A DNA stretch of 64,000 bases from an uncultured Verrucomicrobiae bacterium (GTDB lineage Bacteria; Verrucomicrobiota; Verrucomicrobiia; Chthoniobacterales; JAATET01): assembly GCA_963719495.1 (NCBI GenBank), contig CAVRCI010000013.1, positions 96,001 through 160,000 of the forward strand, in the 5' to 3' direction. The notes below the pieces were generated by a model. That model was not told where the DNA came from. It made no database searches and saw only the letters and a program-made list of their open reading frames with translations. A program made the translations under genes and the position numbers. Positions 50,170-60,708 of this stretch are shown piece by piece. How positions within the stretch are numbered: position 1 is the stretch's first letter; each line of letters opens with the position of its first letter.

Positions 50170-51168
50170 ATGAGACCCGCCATCCTCGCCCTCGCAACCC
50201 TCACCCTCTTCACCCTCCTCACCATCGCGGGCTGCAACCGCTCCCCCGAGCCCACCGCCCAGCCCCCCCTCAAGATCGGGATCGAGACCTGGGCCGGCTA
50301 CGCGTTCGCCTACCTCGCCGAAGACCGCGGCCTCTTCGAAAAGCACGGCGTCGACGTCGAACTCGTCTTCGCGCAGGACAGCGCCACCTCCCGCGACCGA
50401 TTCGCCCGCGGCGAAATCATGGGGTGGTTCGACGTCCTCCCGGAAGCCGTCACCGGCTACGCGCGCGGGGTCCCCGCCCGCGTCGTCTGGGTCGTCGATT
50501 ATTCCGATTCCGCCGACGTTCTCATCGGCGACGCCGCCATCGACAGCATCGAAGACCTCGGCGGCAAACGCATCGGCATCGAAGGCATCAACACCTTCTC
50601 CCACATGTTCGCCCTCGAGCTCCTCGCCAAACACGGCATCCCGGAAGAAGCGGTCCAATTCGTAATCGTCAATCCCATGGAGATCCTCGCCGCGCTGGAA
50701 GCCGACCGGATCGACGCCGGTCACACCTGGGAACCGGTCAAGACCGAGGCCACCGCGAAGGGTTACAAAATCTTTGGCAAAGCCGGCGAGATCCCCGGCC
50801 TCATCACCGACGTCCTCTTCATGAGCCCCGAAGCGATCGCCACCCGGCCCAACGAGATCCAAGGCGTCGTCGCCGCCTTCGCCGAAGCCATCGAACTTTG
50901 GCGCGACCAGCCCGAGGACTCCCTTCGAATCATGGCCGAATCCGAGAAAATGACCGTCGACCAGCTCCGCGCCGACCTCGCCGGCCTTCACATCCTCGAC
51001 CTGCCCGACAACCGACGAGCCATGTCCCAGGACGATCCCGATTCCGTCTACGTCCGCCTCCACGACATCATCGAATTTTTCGTTTCCCGCGGCCAGATCG
51101 TCGCCCGACCCGCCGTCGATCAACTCGTCGATCCCCGCTTCATCCGGGCGATGCCGGACGAGCCGTGA
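50170..51168 (+). CDS. Lipoprotein substrate-binding protein (SsuA/NMT1/THI5-like)
   Basis: IAGC lipobox, [36 protein letters not shown]. Confidence 0.85.
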   Translation: MRPAILALATLTLFTLLTIAGCNRSPEPTAQPPLKIGIETWAGYAFAYLAEDRGLFEKHGVDVELVFAQDSATSRDRFARGEIMGWFDVLPEAVTGYARGVPARVVWVVDYSDSADVLIGDAAIDSIEDLGGKRIGIEGINTFSHMFALELLAKHGIPEEAVQFVIVNPMEILAALEADRIDAGHTWEPVKTEATAKGYKIFGKAGEIPGLITDVLFMSPEAIATRPNEIQGVVAAFAEAIELWRDQPEDSLRIMAESEKMTVDQLRADLAGLHILDLPDNRRAMSQDDPDSVYVRLHDIIEFFVSRGQIVARPAVDQLVDPRFIRAMPDEP

Positions 51169-53492
51169 GACTCGCCCACAAGCTCGCGCTCGCCTGCTCC
51201 ACCCTCACGGTCGGAGGCATTCTGCTCACGGCCGCCGTCGCGTGGTATTCGACGATCCGCGCCCTGGAAACGGAGATCGTGCGGGACTTCCAGACCTCGG
51301 CCTCGCGCACCATGCAGCAGCTCGACAGCTTCTTTCTGGCCCGCCGACAAAACATCGAGATCATCGCCAACGACTCGGTCGTCACCGATCCCACCTCGTC
51401 CCCCGCCGCGATCACCCGTCGGCTCATAGATTATCGTAACCGGCTCAAGGTCTACACGTCCCTCTCGTTCTTCGATCTGGACCGCGTCCGAATCGCCGAC
51501 ACCGCCGGTCTCGACCTCGGGCGGACTTCCGATCCCGGGGCCTTCTGGGACGATATCGCCCAAGGCTTCACCAGCGCCGGAGGGCATTACGCCTTCGTCG
51601 AAGATCTGCGGACGGAAGTCATTTTCTTCGCCTCCACCGTGCCGAACTCGGGCGGCGAGGTCATCGGCACCGTCGTCGCCCGCATGCCACTCTCCGTCCT
51701 CCACTTGCTCATCGCGCAGGTTCAACTCCCGGAACGAACCCAATCGATCCGCACCGACCTCGTCTCCGACGACGGCACCCTCCTCTACTCCAGCCACCTG
51801 CGCCCCGTCCATCTGCTCCGCCCCGTCGCCGGATGGGATTCGGTCCTCACTCAGATCGACGGTCGCCCCGTCGCCACCATCGACGGGAGCGCCATCGGTC
51901 GCGCCGACGACATCACCGTTGTCGTCGAGGAGCGCGGCTTCCTCGATTTTCCCGGCAATGGCTGGTCGCTCGTCGTCTCGATTCCGCGTTCGGAGGCCTT
52001 CGCACCAGCCGCCGATCTTCGCAACCGCCTCGTTGTCATCCTCGCCGCCGCCCTCGCGGTCTCCATCGTCGTCGCCATTCTGATCGCCCGCAATTTCACC
52101 CGGCCCGTCATGGCCCTCGCCGACCAAATGCGCGACGGCACGCACCCCGCGGCCCACCAGATCCTCGGCAATCGCTCGCGGCGGGACGAGATCGGCACCC
52201 TCATTCGCGGCTACCACTCGATGCGCGAACAGATCGAGACCGACCGCGAAGCCCTCCTCGCCGCCACGACCGAAGCCAACCGCGCCAACCAGGCCAAGTC
52301 GGATTTCCTCGCCGCCATGAGCCACGAAATCCGCACCCCCCTCAACGGCGTCGTCGGCTTCTCGTCCCTCCTGCTCGAAACACCCCTGAACGAAGAACAG
52401 ACCGAGTTCGCCCGCGCCGCCGTCAACAGTTCCGAAGTCCTCCTCGGCCTCGTCAACGACGTCCTTGATTTCTCAAAGATCGAAGCCGGCAAATTCGAGC
52501 TCGAAATCGCCCCCTTCGACCTCCGCTCCACGATCTCATCCTGCCTCGAACTCATCGAGCCGACCGCCGCGCGGAAATCCCTCGCCCTCCGCTCCGCCGT
52601 CGCCCCCGATTGCCCGACCCTCTTCAACGGCGACGTCCTCCGCTTCCGCCAGATCCTCACCAATCTCCTCAGCAACGCCGTCAAATTCACCAGCACCGGC
52701 ACCATCAGCATCACCGCCTCGATTGAAAAAAAATCCGCACCAGCGGATCAAGACAGGACCTCCCGACCTTCGACCCTCGACTCGCTCTGCGTCACCGTCA
52801 GCGACACCGGCATCGGCCTCACCCCCAGCCAGCAAGCGACCATCTTCGACTCCTTCACCCAGGCCGACGCCAGCACGACGCGCCGCTTCGGCGGCACCGG
52901 TCTCGGCCTGGCCATCACCAAACACCTGCTCGAGCTCATGGGCGGCACCATTCGAGTCGAGAGCGAACCCGACACCGGCAGCACCTTCATCGCCACCATA
53001 CCCATCCATCCCCCCGGACCCGACGACCGACCGGCCCGGCCGACACTTTCGCAACATCCGACCGACGAACCGACCGCCTCCCCCACCCTGCCCGCCGGGC
53101 TGCGCATCCTCCTCGTCGACGACGTCCGGACAAACCTACTTCTGGGCAGCGCCATGCTCAAACGACTGAGCGCCACCGCGACCCTCGCCGGCAATGGCCT
53201 CGAAGCTCTCGTCGCACTCCGCGAACAAGGCTACGACATCGTCCTCATGGACATCGAGATGCCCGAGCTCGACGGCATCGACGCCACCCGCGCCATCCGC
53301 CAGGAATTCCCGGCCTCCCGGCAGCCCTGGATCATCGCCGTCACGGCCCACGCCACCGAAGCTGATCGGGAACGCTGCCTCGCCGCCGGCATGAACGATT
53401 ACCTCACCAAACCCATCCGCCTCGACCGACTCGCCACCGCCATCCGCCGAGCCGAAACCCCGCAGCCCGAAACGAAGCCACGGATTTCATGA
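51165..53492 (+). CDS. Hybrid sensor histidine kinase (Cache-like, HAMP, HisKA, HATPase, REC)
   Basis: GTG 51165 overlaps the upstream TGA; two TM helices, [30 protein letters not shown]. Confidence 0.9.
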   Translation: MRLAHKLALACSTLTVGGILLTAAVAWYSTIRALETEIVRDFQTSASRTMQQLDSFFLARRQNIEIIANDSVVTDPTSSPAAITRRLIDYRNRLKVYTSLSFFDLDRVRIADTAGLDLGRTSDPGAFWDDIAQGFTSAGGHYAFVEDLRTEVIFFASTVPNSGGEVIGTVVARMPLSVLHLLIAQVQLPERTQSIRTDLVSDDGTLLYSSHLRPVHLLRPVAGWDSVLTQIDGRPVATIDGSAIGRADDITVVVEERGFLDFPGNGWSLVVSIPRSEAFAPAADLRNRLVVILAAALAVSIVVAILIARNFTRPVMALADQMRDGTHPAAHQILGNRSRRDEIGTLIRGYHSMREQIETDREALLAATTEANRANQAKSDFLAAMSHEIRTPLNGVVGFSSLLLETPLNEEQTEFARAAVNSSEVLLGLVNDVLDFSKIEAGKFELEIAPFDLRSTISSCLELIEPTAARKSLALRSAVAPDCPTLFNGDVLRFRQILTNLLSNAVKFTSTGTISITASIEKKSAPADQDRTSRPSTLDSLCVTVSDTGIGLTPSQQATIFDSFTQADASTTRRFGGTGLGLAITKHLLELMGGTIRVESEPDTGSTFIATIPIHPPGPDDRPARPTLSQHPTDEPTASPTLPAGLRILLVDDVRTNLLLGSAMLKRLSATATLAGNGLEALVALREQGYDIVLMDIEMPELDGIDATRAIRQEFPASRQPWIIAVTAHATEADRERCLAAGMNDYLTKPIRLDRLATAIRRAETPQPETKPRIS

Positions 53493-53538
53493 AAAAAAGA
53501 TACGCGCAACCCGGCCTTCACCCGCGAAACAAGGATCT

Positions 53539-54045
53539 ATGAAACTCAAAACCCTACGAAATCTGTCAGCGGTCGCAGCTCTCGGACTCCTTCCCATCGC
53601 GGCCCACGCCGACGCGGACGCAGCGAAATCGATCGCTTCCGAAGCCGCCACGGACGCCTCCGACGATGCTACGACGACCACTGCGGTCGTTGCGGACGAC
53701 GCCGAGGATGCCACCACCACGGTCACGACCGAAGCAACCGAAGCGAGCGACGGGACGTCCTCCGTGGGCGACGCCGACACCAGAGCCAACGAAATCGACG
53801 AGAAGGTCGATGACCCCATGTCCGCCTCCGAAGCGAAGCCCACTCTCACCAGCCCAAGCGTGAGCGCTGGAACGGGAATGGGATCGGCGACGAACACCGG
53901 CAGCGGCACCGGAGTCTCGCCCGAAGGTGACAACACCGGCGCCCGCGACAACAAGACCGAGCCCGGCGTCGGAGCAGGCAAAGCCAACGGCACCGGTAGC
54001 AACACCGGCAGCGGCACCGGAGCCGACACCGACATGGCTGAATAA
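53539..54045 (+). CDS. Secreted low-complexity acidic Thr/Gly-rich protein
   Basis: Signal peptide ending AHA; followed by a terminator. Confidence 0.7.
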   Translation: MKLKTLRNLSAVAALGLLPIAAHADADAAKSIASEAATDASDDATTTTAVVADDAEDATTTVTTEATEASDGTSSVGDADTRANEIDEKVDDPMSASEAKPTLTSPSVSAGTGMGSATNTGSGTGVSPEGDNTGARDNKTEPGVGAGKANGTGSNTGSGTGADTDMAE

Positions 54046-54069
54046 GCGCCAGTCGCAAAGCAGATCACC

Positions 54070-54104
54070 AGCGGGGCAGCCAAAAGGCTGCCCCGCTTTT
54101 TTTT
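54070..54104 (+). terminator. Intrinsic terminator
   Basis: AGCGGGGCAGCC-AAAA-GGCTGCCCCGCT followed by a T-run. Confidence 0.9.
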
Positions 54105-54142
54105 GCGCCCAGCCATCAAGACACTTCCAGCCGCCGAATTCG

Positions 54143-54189
54143 GGGGAGCGCGCGCGTCCCGCGTGCGAGATGCGGCGTCCCGCCGCATC
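54143..54189 (+). repeat. Double-hairpin GGAG-tagged repeat, copy 2
   Basis: GGGGAGCGCGCGCGTCCCGCGTGCGAGATGCGGCGTCCCGCCGCATC. Confidence 0.75.
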
Positions 54190-54304
54190 ACAGCGACCGC
54201 AAACCAAATCGAATGAGGCAAAGCGAAACCGGCTCCAGCAACCTGTCCCCAACTCACAGAATCAGGGAAACCCAGCACTGCCAGCACGATCAACGCGACT
54301 CGTT

Positions 54305-55276
54305 CTACTCGAACGAAATGACCACGTTCCCAACCTTGCGCCGCGATTGCACGCGGGCGTGGGCTTCCGCAATTCGGTCGAACGAATACACCCGCTCGAT
54401 CAAAGGGGAAAACACCCCTCTGGTCGCGAGGTCGACCATTCGCTCGAGGTCATCCCGACGCTCCGCGGCCGGTCCGACCACCGCGCGGCAGCCCCGTGAT
54501 CTCGCTCGGCGCGAAGCCCAAAGCAGGTCGCCCAGACCCCCCGCGATCAACGCGACCCGCCCGCCGGGCTTCACCAAATCAAGAGCTTGCGAACAATTCA
54601 TGGATCCGGCGGTTTCGAACACCACGTCGTAGCGATCCTCAATAGACCTGAGATCCCGCTTCGTGTAGTCGATCACGTGCTCCGCTCCGAGCGCGCGGAC
54701 CGTCCCGACGTTATCGCCCCGACAAACCCCGGTCACCGTCGCGCCCAGATGGCTGGCAATCCGCACCGCCGCGCTCCCCACACTCCCGGACGCACCGACC
54801 ACCAAAACACTCTCACCCCGACCAAGCTCCAAGCGACGGAAGAAATCCAACGCGGTCGTGCCCCCAAACGGAAGAGCCGCCGCCGTCGTAAAATCAAGAT
54901 TCGCGGGCTTCGCGACGATGTTCCCGTCTTCCGAAAGAACCTTGAATTCCGCGTGACAGCCCATCCGCGAACCGTCGAAGGCAATCACCTCATCGCCCGG
55001 ACGAAACTTCGTCACCTTCCGCCCCACCTGGTCGACGACGCCGGAAATCTCGGATCCCAGAATCGGCTGCCGCGGTTTCACCAAACCGAAGATCGGGCGA
55101 GCCAGCAGACCAAAACCCGGTGGCATCTCCAGACTACGAATGCGCCAATCGCCCGAAGTCACCGTCGTCGCGCGCGTCCGAATCAGGATCTCGTTGTCAC
55201 CCGGAACCGGCGTCGGCACCTCCACGATCCGAATTACCTCCGGCGATCCATAACCAATGCAAACAGCAGCCCTCAC
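54305..55276 (-). CDS. NAD(P)-dependent MDR-family oxidoreductase (quinone reductase-like)
   Basis: YGSPEV, ILGSEISG, GASGSVG, VIDYT, GNVVI; GTG start inferred. Confidence 0.88.
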   Translation of the reverse strand: MRAAVCIGYGSPEVIRIVEVPTPVPGDNEILIRTRATTVTSGDWRIRSLEMPPGFGLLARPIFGLVKPRQPILGSEISGVVDQVGRKVTKFRPGDEVIAFDGSRMGCHAEFKVLSEDGNIVAKPANLDFTTAAALPFGGTTALDFFRRLELGRGESVLVVGASGSVGSAAVRIASHLGATVTGVCRGDNVGTVRALGAEHVIDYTKRDLRSIEDRYDVVFETAGSMNCSQALDLVKPGGRVALIAGGLGDLLWASRRARSRGCRAVVGPAAERRDDLERMVDLATRGVFSPLIERVYSFDRIAEAHARVQSRRKVGNVVISFE

Positions 55277-55841
55277 GAAGCCAAACTCGCAACCGCGACT
55301 CCCGAACACATGTCCAGACTCACCGTCCCCGCCACCGCCAAAAACTTAAACTCAAATCCCGTCATCTAATCACCTCCGCTAAAAAAGCCGTCACGCTAGA
55401 CACCGTCAAGGTTCACGATTTGACGCCTGATTCCATTCCCTTGACTCGCTGTTTTTCGCGCTCAGCGATCAGGCGCATTTCGAGGAACGGCGGCTTTCAG
55501 CCACCGGAAACGGGAATTGCACGCGTTCCATCATGCGAACGGCGACAAAACGCCGTAGGAATCAATGCGAAGCCAATATCAGCACCCGCGAAATGCCCCG
55601 TCCCGTTCTCGACGATCAGCGACGTTCAATCCCCGGACTTCTGGAAACGGCCGAGCCGTCATTTGAGATCCACCAATCGCCTCCGGCAAATGATTCGAGA
55701 TGGTCACCTCCTTCAACCGAACCCGGAATTGAAATCCCTGGCTCACAGAAAGAGAGAGCCAGATCCAGACGCGAGCGCGTCGTCGGTAAAGATTTCGGAA
55801 CGGGCCAGAAAGGGCACTCGTTCGAACGGATGGGAACTCTC

Positions 55842-56828
55842 TCAAAAAGAATTCGCCCACCCATTCCTCCGAAGGTCTTCGATCGCAGCCAAATTCCATT
55901 CATTGATCTGGCCGAGCAAACCCTCCCATGGGGTCCTATCTCCTTGATGCAACCACAGCTCCCCGAGCAGGCCATTCCCGATCATTTCCACGATACGGCA
56001 ACGGTCAAATAGAAGCTTTGCGTTTCGCGTCGAACCTTCCCACCGAGCTCGATCGTGAGATTCCGAAATGAAGTAGGCTTTCATCGGAGGCGATTGGTAA
56101 GTCCGCTCCATCCAACGCTCTGTGAAAGAGCCGGGCTCCAATTTTGTCAGCTCATCCGTCCAATTCGTTCCAGTCTTGCATTGCCCGAAGATAGAAATCT
56201 GACTCGGTCGACCATCCGCGAATGGCAGCCAGCCCACCACGTCCAGCTTGTCGTCGTTGGCTTGCTCGCGGATCCCGTCGGTATTGCGGTACCGACCGCC
56301 CTCCCCAACGGCCCGGCAGAGATCATCAACCTTGTCGGCGAACCTGCCACCAACCGCGGTGCCGAAGACCATCGCCCGAGCACGGGTGGGATGAAGGTAG
56401 TGGCGCAGGATGTACGGCGAAAGACTTTCAAACAGCACTGTCCCGTCGAACCCGGCCCAAGCCCTTTGCTTTTGCATATCGAGACGCGTGGCAAGCAGCA
56501 GAAATTGATAGATCGTCGCTTGCGGAACCCGAACACGCTCAAGGTTCCGCAAAGTTGTGCTCTTCAGCTTGATTTCGAATGGATATCCCCCAGCTGCGGC
56601 AATTCGTCGGTCCTCGATTTCGACCAGCATCCGGGTGGCCAGCACTTCGTTGGCAGCATCACTGTCGTCCATGCCCTCGTTGCGAGCATTGTCGTCGAGC
56701 TGACCCAGATGGCGCTCGATCCGCCGAGCGGAACACTCGCCGTAGACCAAGGTGAGGCACTCCGCAAAATCAGCAAGCTCATGGGGCCGCGCCCGCAGAG
56801 AAGGCGTTCCCGGTAATTTGAAACTCAT
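55842..56828 (-). CDS. Putative PD-(D/E)xK restriction-endonuclease-like protein
   Basis: LFE helix then DDKLDVVGW...FGQCKTG (E...D...QxK pattern); last gene of the methylase cassette. Confidence 0.6.
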   Translation of the reverse strand: MSFKLPGTPSLRARPHELADFAECLTLVYGECSARRIERHLGQLDDNARNEGMDDSDAANEVLATRMLVEIEDRRIAAAGGYPFEIKLKSTTLRNLERVRVPQATIYQFLLLATRLDMQKQRAWAGFDGTVLFESLSPYILRHYLHPTRARAMVFGTAVGGRFADKVDDLCRAVGEGGRYRNTDGIREQANDDKLDVVGWLPFADGRPSQISIFGQCKTGTNWTDELTKLEPGSFTERWMERTYQSPPMKAYFISESHDRARWEGSTRNAKLLFDRCRIVEMIGNGLLGELWLHQGDRTPWEGLLGQINEWNLAAIEDLRRNGWANSF

Positions 56829-56846
56829 CGATCTTTGAGTTGGGAC

Positions 56847-57962
56847 TTAGTCTTCGATTATACGGAGTTTTTTCCGATTCCCGTTCCTCATGACATCCAT
56901 TTCCTCGTAGACGGCGTCGGCGAGCGTAGCGACTGAGCCAGCGGTTTTGAGCAGGGATTCCGATCCGTCGTAACCGTTGGCCACGTAACTTTTAGCCCGC
57001 ATGAGCGCCCGCTTGGCGTCGAGCAGCGCATCCTCCAAGACCGCTCCGGCTGGGCGACTCAGCAGGAAGGACGCTCCCAACGACTCGCCAGCTCGAAGGG
57101 CCGAGATAGCCTCTCGATTATCGACCACCTCGTTGAGTTGCCTTAAGTCCGGGTTCTGGCTTTCGATCACCGACGGAGCACCACTTTTCTTGCTTCCGAA
57201 AAGCCAAGTGAGCAGCTCGCCCAGTTCGGAGATTTTATCTTTAGATACCGGCGAGTCGGTCTCGTCTTCTTTTTGAGCAAGATTTAGGAATCGACCGAAC
57301 CCGTCGTATTCCAAACCCGTGTAAAGATGGGAAAAGAAGATTCGCGAAGCGTAACAGTCGGCACGATCGTAAACGCCCGCGCGCTCAGCCTGCTCAAGCA
57401 CCATCAGCGCTCGAAAAAGCTTCTGGACCGTCCCGTGATTGTCACCAATCTGACGGGCGATATCCGAAAGACCGACGCCGTAATTCCGACGAACCTCCGC
57501 GATGTAGTTTGCCTTCGCAAAGCTCGTCCATTTCGCCGGACCGTTGACGTGCTTGAAGCCCATGTAGCGCCACGAAGCTTCACGGCTCTGCCTGAGGGTC
57601 GGAACCGACTCCAGCCTCACCTTGAGAGGCTCCGAAATCTCGGGAATCGTCCACTTGTTTTCGCCAGCGAACCGGGGTTGCGTCAGAACTTTGAGCGCGG
57701 CCAATCGACGATTGCCTTCGATGACAATCCGCTCGCCGTTCTCCTCTGAAACGATCAACGGCTCGTGGGCAAAATAGCCACTGGCCGCCATCGATAGGAC
57801 CAGCTCGCGCACGTCCATCTCCGTCCAAAGCGTCCGCAGGATCTCGTCTTCTTCACTCTCTTCCGTGATCCCGAACTCGATCAAACGCGGATTATTGCGA
57901 TCGAACCGGAGGTCAGTCACCAGCGAATCCTCCATTATCGGACATTCTAGTTCGACGTTCAT
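56847..57962 (-). CDS. ParB/Srx-like N-terminal domain protein
   Basis: LRFDRNNPR, EPLIV, VIEGNRRLAALK, H..G...W, then an HTH-like segment; ATGA overlap with the methylase. Confidence 0.8.
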   Translation of the reverse strand: MNVELECPIMEDSLVTDLRFDRNNPRLIEFGITEESEEDEILRTLWTEMDVRELVLSMAASGYFAHEPLIVSEENGERIVIEGNRRLAALKVLTQPRFAGENKWTIPEISEPLKVRLESVPTLRQSREASWRYMGFKHVNGPAKWTSFAKANYIAEVRRNYGVGLSDIARQIGDNHGTVQKLFRALMVLEQAERAGVYDRADCYASRIFFSHLYTGLEYDGFGRFLNLAQKEDETDSPVSKDKISELGELLTWLFGSKKSGAPSVIESQNPDLRQLNEVVDNREAISALRAGESLGASFLLSRPAGAVLEDALLDAKRALMRAKSYVANGYDGSESLLKTAGSVATLADAVYEEMDVMRNGNRKKLRIIED

Positions 57963-58861
57963 AACTTAGTAGCGGACTGCGGTATCGCGACCGTTTTCCC
58001 GCGAATTGTGGAAGCACGAGGCAAACAGACGCGGTGAGGGCAAATTAGCAATTCGCTTGCCTCGCGCTTTGCTTGGAATGAATAGTTGATTGGCAGTGAA
58101 AACACGTGGTCGTCAGCGTAGAGTGATCGAACCAAGCTGGTATCGTCGTAGGACATTGCCCACGGCAGCAGACTCTGACCGTGCAGATACGAGGCGATTT
58201 CCCGATGATTTTTGTTGGTGTAGGAATTCAAATACAGGCGCTCCGCCTTATTCACGTAGGGTGGATCGAGATAGACGAAAGCCTTCCGCCGAGCGCGACC
58301 GTTCGGCAGACCCCTTTTCAGAAATTCGATCGCGTCAAGTTGGGTGACATTGATTCGGTCCCGCTTCCTTGCTATGAGACCAATTCTGGTCGTGAGTCCA
58401 GCCCGATTGAAACGCGCGTCCAGATTCCACTCCCCTTTTTGCTCGAGGCCACCAATCGGCCCAGCCCCAGATAACACGCCCGATCGATTGCATCGATTCA
58501 TGTAAAATGCCGCGAACCCAACCTCGAACGAACTGTGCTTGGCAGGTTCATCACAGATGGCGCGCTCTTTCCGCCAATGCTCGATGTCGAGCGGGACGGT
58601 GGCGACTCGATCAACGAACCGATCCGTTTCGTCGAGGATCGAATGCCACAAGCTGGCAACCCGGAAATCGGCGTCGTTGATGTTGATTTCCGAAACGACC
58701 CCGTTCAAAAGAAGGGTCAGCGCGGCACCCGCACCGCCCGCGTAGGGCTCGAAGTAAGCGACATTTCGCAATTCGTTGAGGTCAATCACATCCGTAAGAA
58801 AGGATGCCAAACACGCCTTCCCTCCCGGGTAGCGCAACGGACTGAGATGTCGCTCCAACAC
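57959..58861 (-). CDS. DNA adenine methyltransferase, D12 (Dam-like) class
   Basis: SPLRYPGGK, EPYAGGAG (SAM motif I), DPPY (motif IV), SYD. Confidence 0.92.
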   Translation of the reverse strand: MLERHLSPLRYPGGKACLASFLTDVIDLNELRNVAYFEPYAGGAGAALTLLLNGVVSEININDADFRVASLWHSILDETDRFVDRVATVPLDIEHWRKERAICDEPAKHSSFEVGFAAFYMNRCNRSGVLSGAGPIGGLEQKGEWNLDARFNRAGLTTRIGLIARKRDRINVTQLDAIEFLKRGLPNGRARRKAFVYLDPPYVNKAERLYLNSYTNKNHREIASYLHGQSLLPWAMSYDDTSLVRSLYADDHVFSLPINYSFQAKREASELLICPHRVCLPRASTIRGKTVAIPQSATKL

Positions 58862-58980
58862 GGTGTCTTGTTACGTGCCTGAGTCATTGTTGTCACGTTG
58901 CCTTTGATCCGTCGGCAGCCGATTGACCACCCGTGGCGAGGAAGCATTCATCGAGACATATTTGGTAGAGGCCAACTTCC

Positions 58981-60510
58981 TCACCGCCACAAATTCCGAT
59001 CCAGCGTCCGGTACTGAATCGCCTCCGCCAAATGCTCCGCCGCAATCGCTTCGACCCCCGCCAAATCCGCAATCGTCCGCGAAACTTTCAAAATCCGATC
59101 GTAAGCTCTTGCACTCAATTGCAGCTCGCTCATCGCCATCCGCAGCATCTCCTGACTCTCCGCGTCGAGCCGGCAATGCGTCTTCAAAGCCGCCGGTGTC
59201 ATCCGCGCATTGCTCGCGATCTTCGTTCGCGCAAAGCGCGCGCCCTGCACCCCACGCGCCGCCTCGACCCGTTCCCGGATCGCCCGCGAGGGCTCGGCCC
59301 GCACGTCGCTCGCCAGATCGCGATACTCCACCGCGGGCGCCTCGACGTGGATGTCGATCCGGTCGAGCAGCGGCCCCGAGATCCTCTGACGATATTTCTC
59401 CACCTGCACCGGCGAGCACCGGCACTCCCGCTTCGGATCTCCGAAGTATCCGCAAGCGCACGGATTCATCGCCGCCACCAACATGAACTGCGCCGGGAAC
59501 GTCATCGTCCCCGCCGCCCGGCTGATCACCACCCGCCCGTCCTCCAGCGGCTGCCGCATCACCTCGAGCGTCGAGCGTTTGAACTCCGGCAGCTCGTCCA
59601 AGAACAGCACACCCTGATGCGCCAGACTCACCTCGCCCGGCGACGGATTCGACGATCCGCCCAGCAGCCCCACGTCCGAAATCGTGTGGTGCGGAGCGCG
59701 AAAAGGCCGCACCCGCACGAACGACCGCGCCTCGTCCGTGAGCCCACAGATGCTGTGAATCTTCGTCGCCTCGATCGCCTCCTCCAGCGACATCGCCGGC
59801 ATGATCGTCGCGATCCGCTTCGACAACATGCTCTTCCCCGACCCCGGGGGCCCGATGAGCAGTAAATTATGGCCACCGGAAACCGCCACCTCGATCGCCC
59901 GCTTCACCTGCTCCTGCCCCTTCACGTCGGCGAAATCCAGATCCGGATCGTCCTCCACGACCGTCGCCGCGAAATCCACGTGGGTCGGTTCCAATTCCTT
60001 CGCCCGGCTGACAAATTCGTAGGCCTCCCGCAGCGACCGCACGCCATACACCTCGATGCCCTCGACCACCGCCGCCTCCGCCGCGTTCGCCAACGGCAGG
60101 ATCACCGCCCTTTTTCCTCGCCGCCTTGCCTCCAGCGCAATCGGCAGTGCCCCCTTGATCGCCCGCACCTCGCCGGTCAACCCGAGCTCGCCCACCATCA
60201 GACACCGCTCCAGCCTCGGCAGATCGGCATCCTCCGCAACGGCGACCATTCCGACTGCAATCGGCAGATCGAAACTCGGCCCCTCCTTCTTCACGTCGGC
60301 GGGCGCCAGGTTCACGGTCGTCCGGGTCCGCGGCCACCGGAACCCACTGTTCGCGATCGCCGTCGTCACCCGGTCCCGGCTTTCTTTCACCGACGTATCG
60401 GGGAGGCCCACGACGATGACCATCGGATCCCCGTGCCCGGCGTTCACCTCGACCTCGACCTCGCAGGCCTCCACGCCACGAAGCGCCGCTGAAAAAACCT
60501 TCGTGAGCAT
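58981..60510 (-). CDS. comM: YifB/ComM Mg-chelatase-like AAA+ ATPase
   Basis: [53 protein letters not shown]. Confidence 0.93.
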   Translation of the reverse strand: MLTKVFSAALRGVEACEVEVEVNAGHGDPMVIVVGLPDTSVKESRDRVTTAIANSGFRWPRTRTTVNLAPADVKKEGPSFDLPIAVGMVAVAEDADLPRLERCLMVGELGLTGEVRAIKGALPIALEARRRGKRAVILPLANAAEAAVVEGIEVYGVRSLREAYEFVSRAKELEPTHVDFAATVVEDDPDLDFADVKGQEQVKRAIEVAVSGGHNLLLIGPPGSGKSMLSKRIATIMPAMSLEEAIEATKIHSICGLTDEARSFVRVRPFRAPHHTISDVGLLGGSSNPSPGEVSLAHQGVLFLDELPEFKRSTLEVMRQPLEDGRVVISRAAGTMTFPAQFMLVAAMNPCACGYFGDPKRECRCSPVQVEKYRQRISGPLLDRIDIHVEAPAVEYRDLASDVRAEPSRAIRERVEAARGVQGARFARTKIASNARMTPAALKTHCRLDAESQEMLRMAMSELQLSARAYDRILKVSRTIADLAGVEAIAAEHLAEAIQYRTLDRNLWR

Positions 60511-60708
60511 CCGCGCACCCTACAGGCCGCCGATTCCGCCTGTCGAATCCCGTTCGCCCACGAACTCAGCTTGTTTTCCCACCGCGCCAGGCGATGATCG
60601 GAGGCCAGCCCCCAAAGCAGCCGCAACCGTCGTCCCCCGCGAATGAATACTTCCGGCGCGTCGCTCGTTCCTCTCCTCGAACACCCAAACTTTCACCGCA
60701 TCAAAAAT

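Noticed and set aside
49947..51164. 1181-aa version of the hybrid kinase
   Set aside because: The extension is an off-frame read of the binding-protein gene; the real start is the GTG at 51165
55380..55841. Fourth cassette gene among the short ORFs
   Set aside because: No recognisable motif, and the candidate frames overlap and conflict
56847..57962. Plasmid or chromosome partition locus
   Set aside because: No parA, rep or parS array; the context is a methylase and a nuclease-like gene
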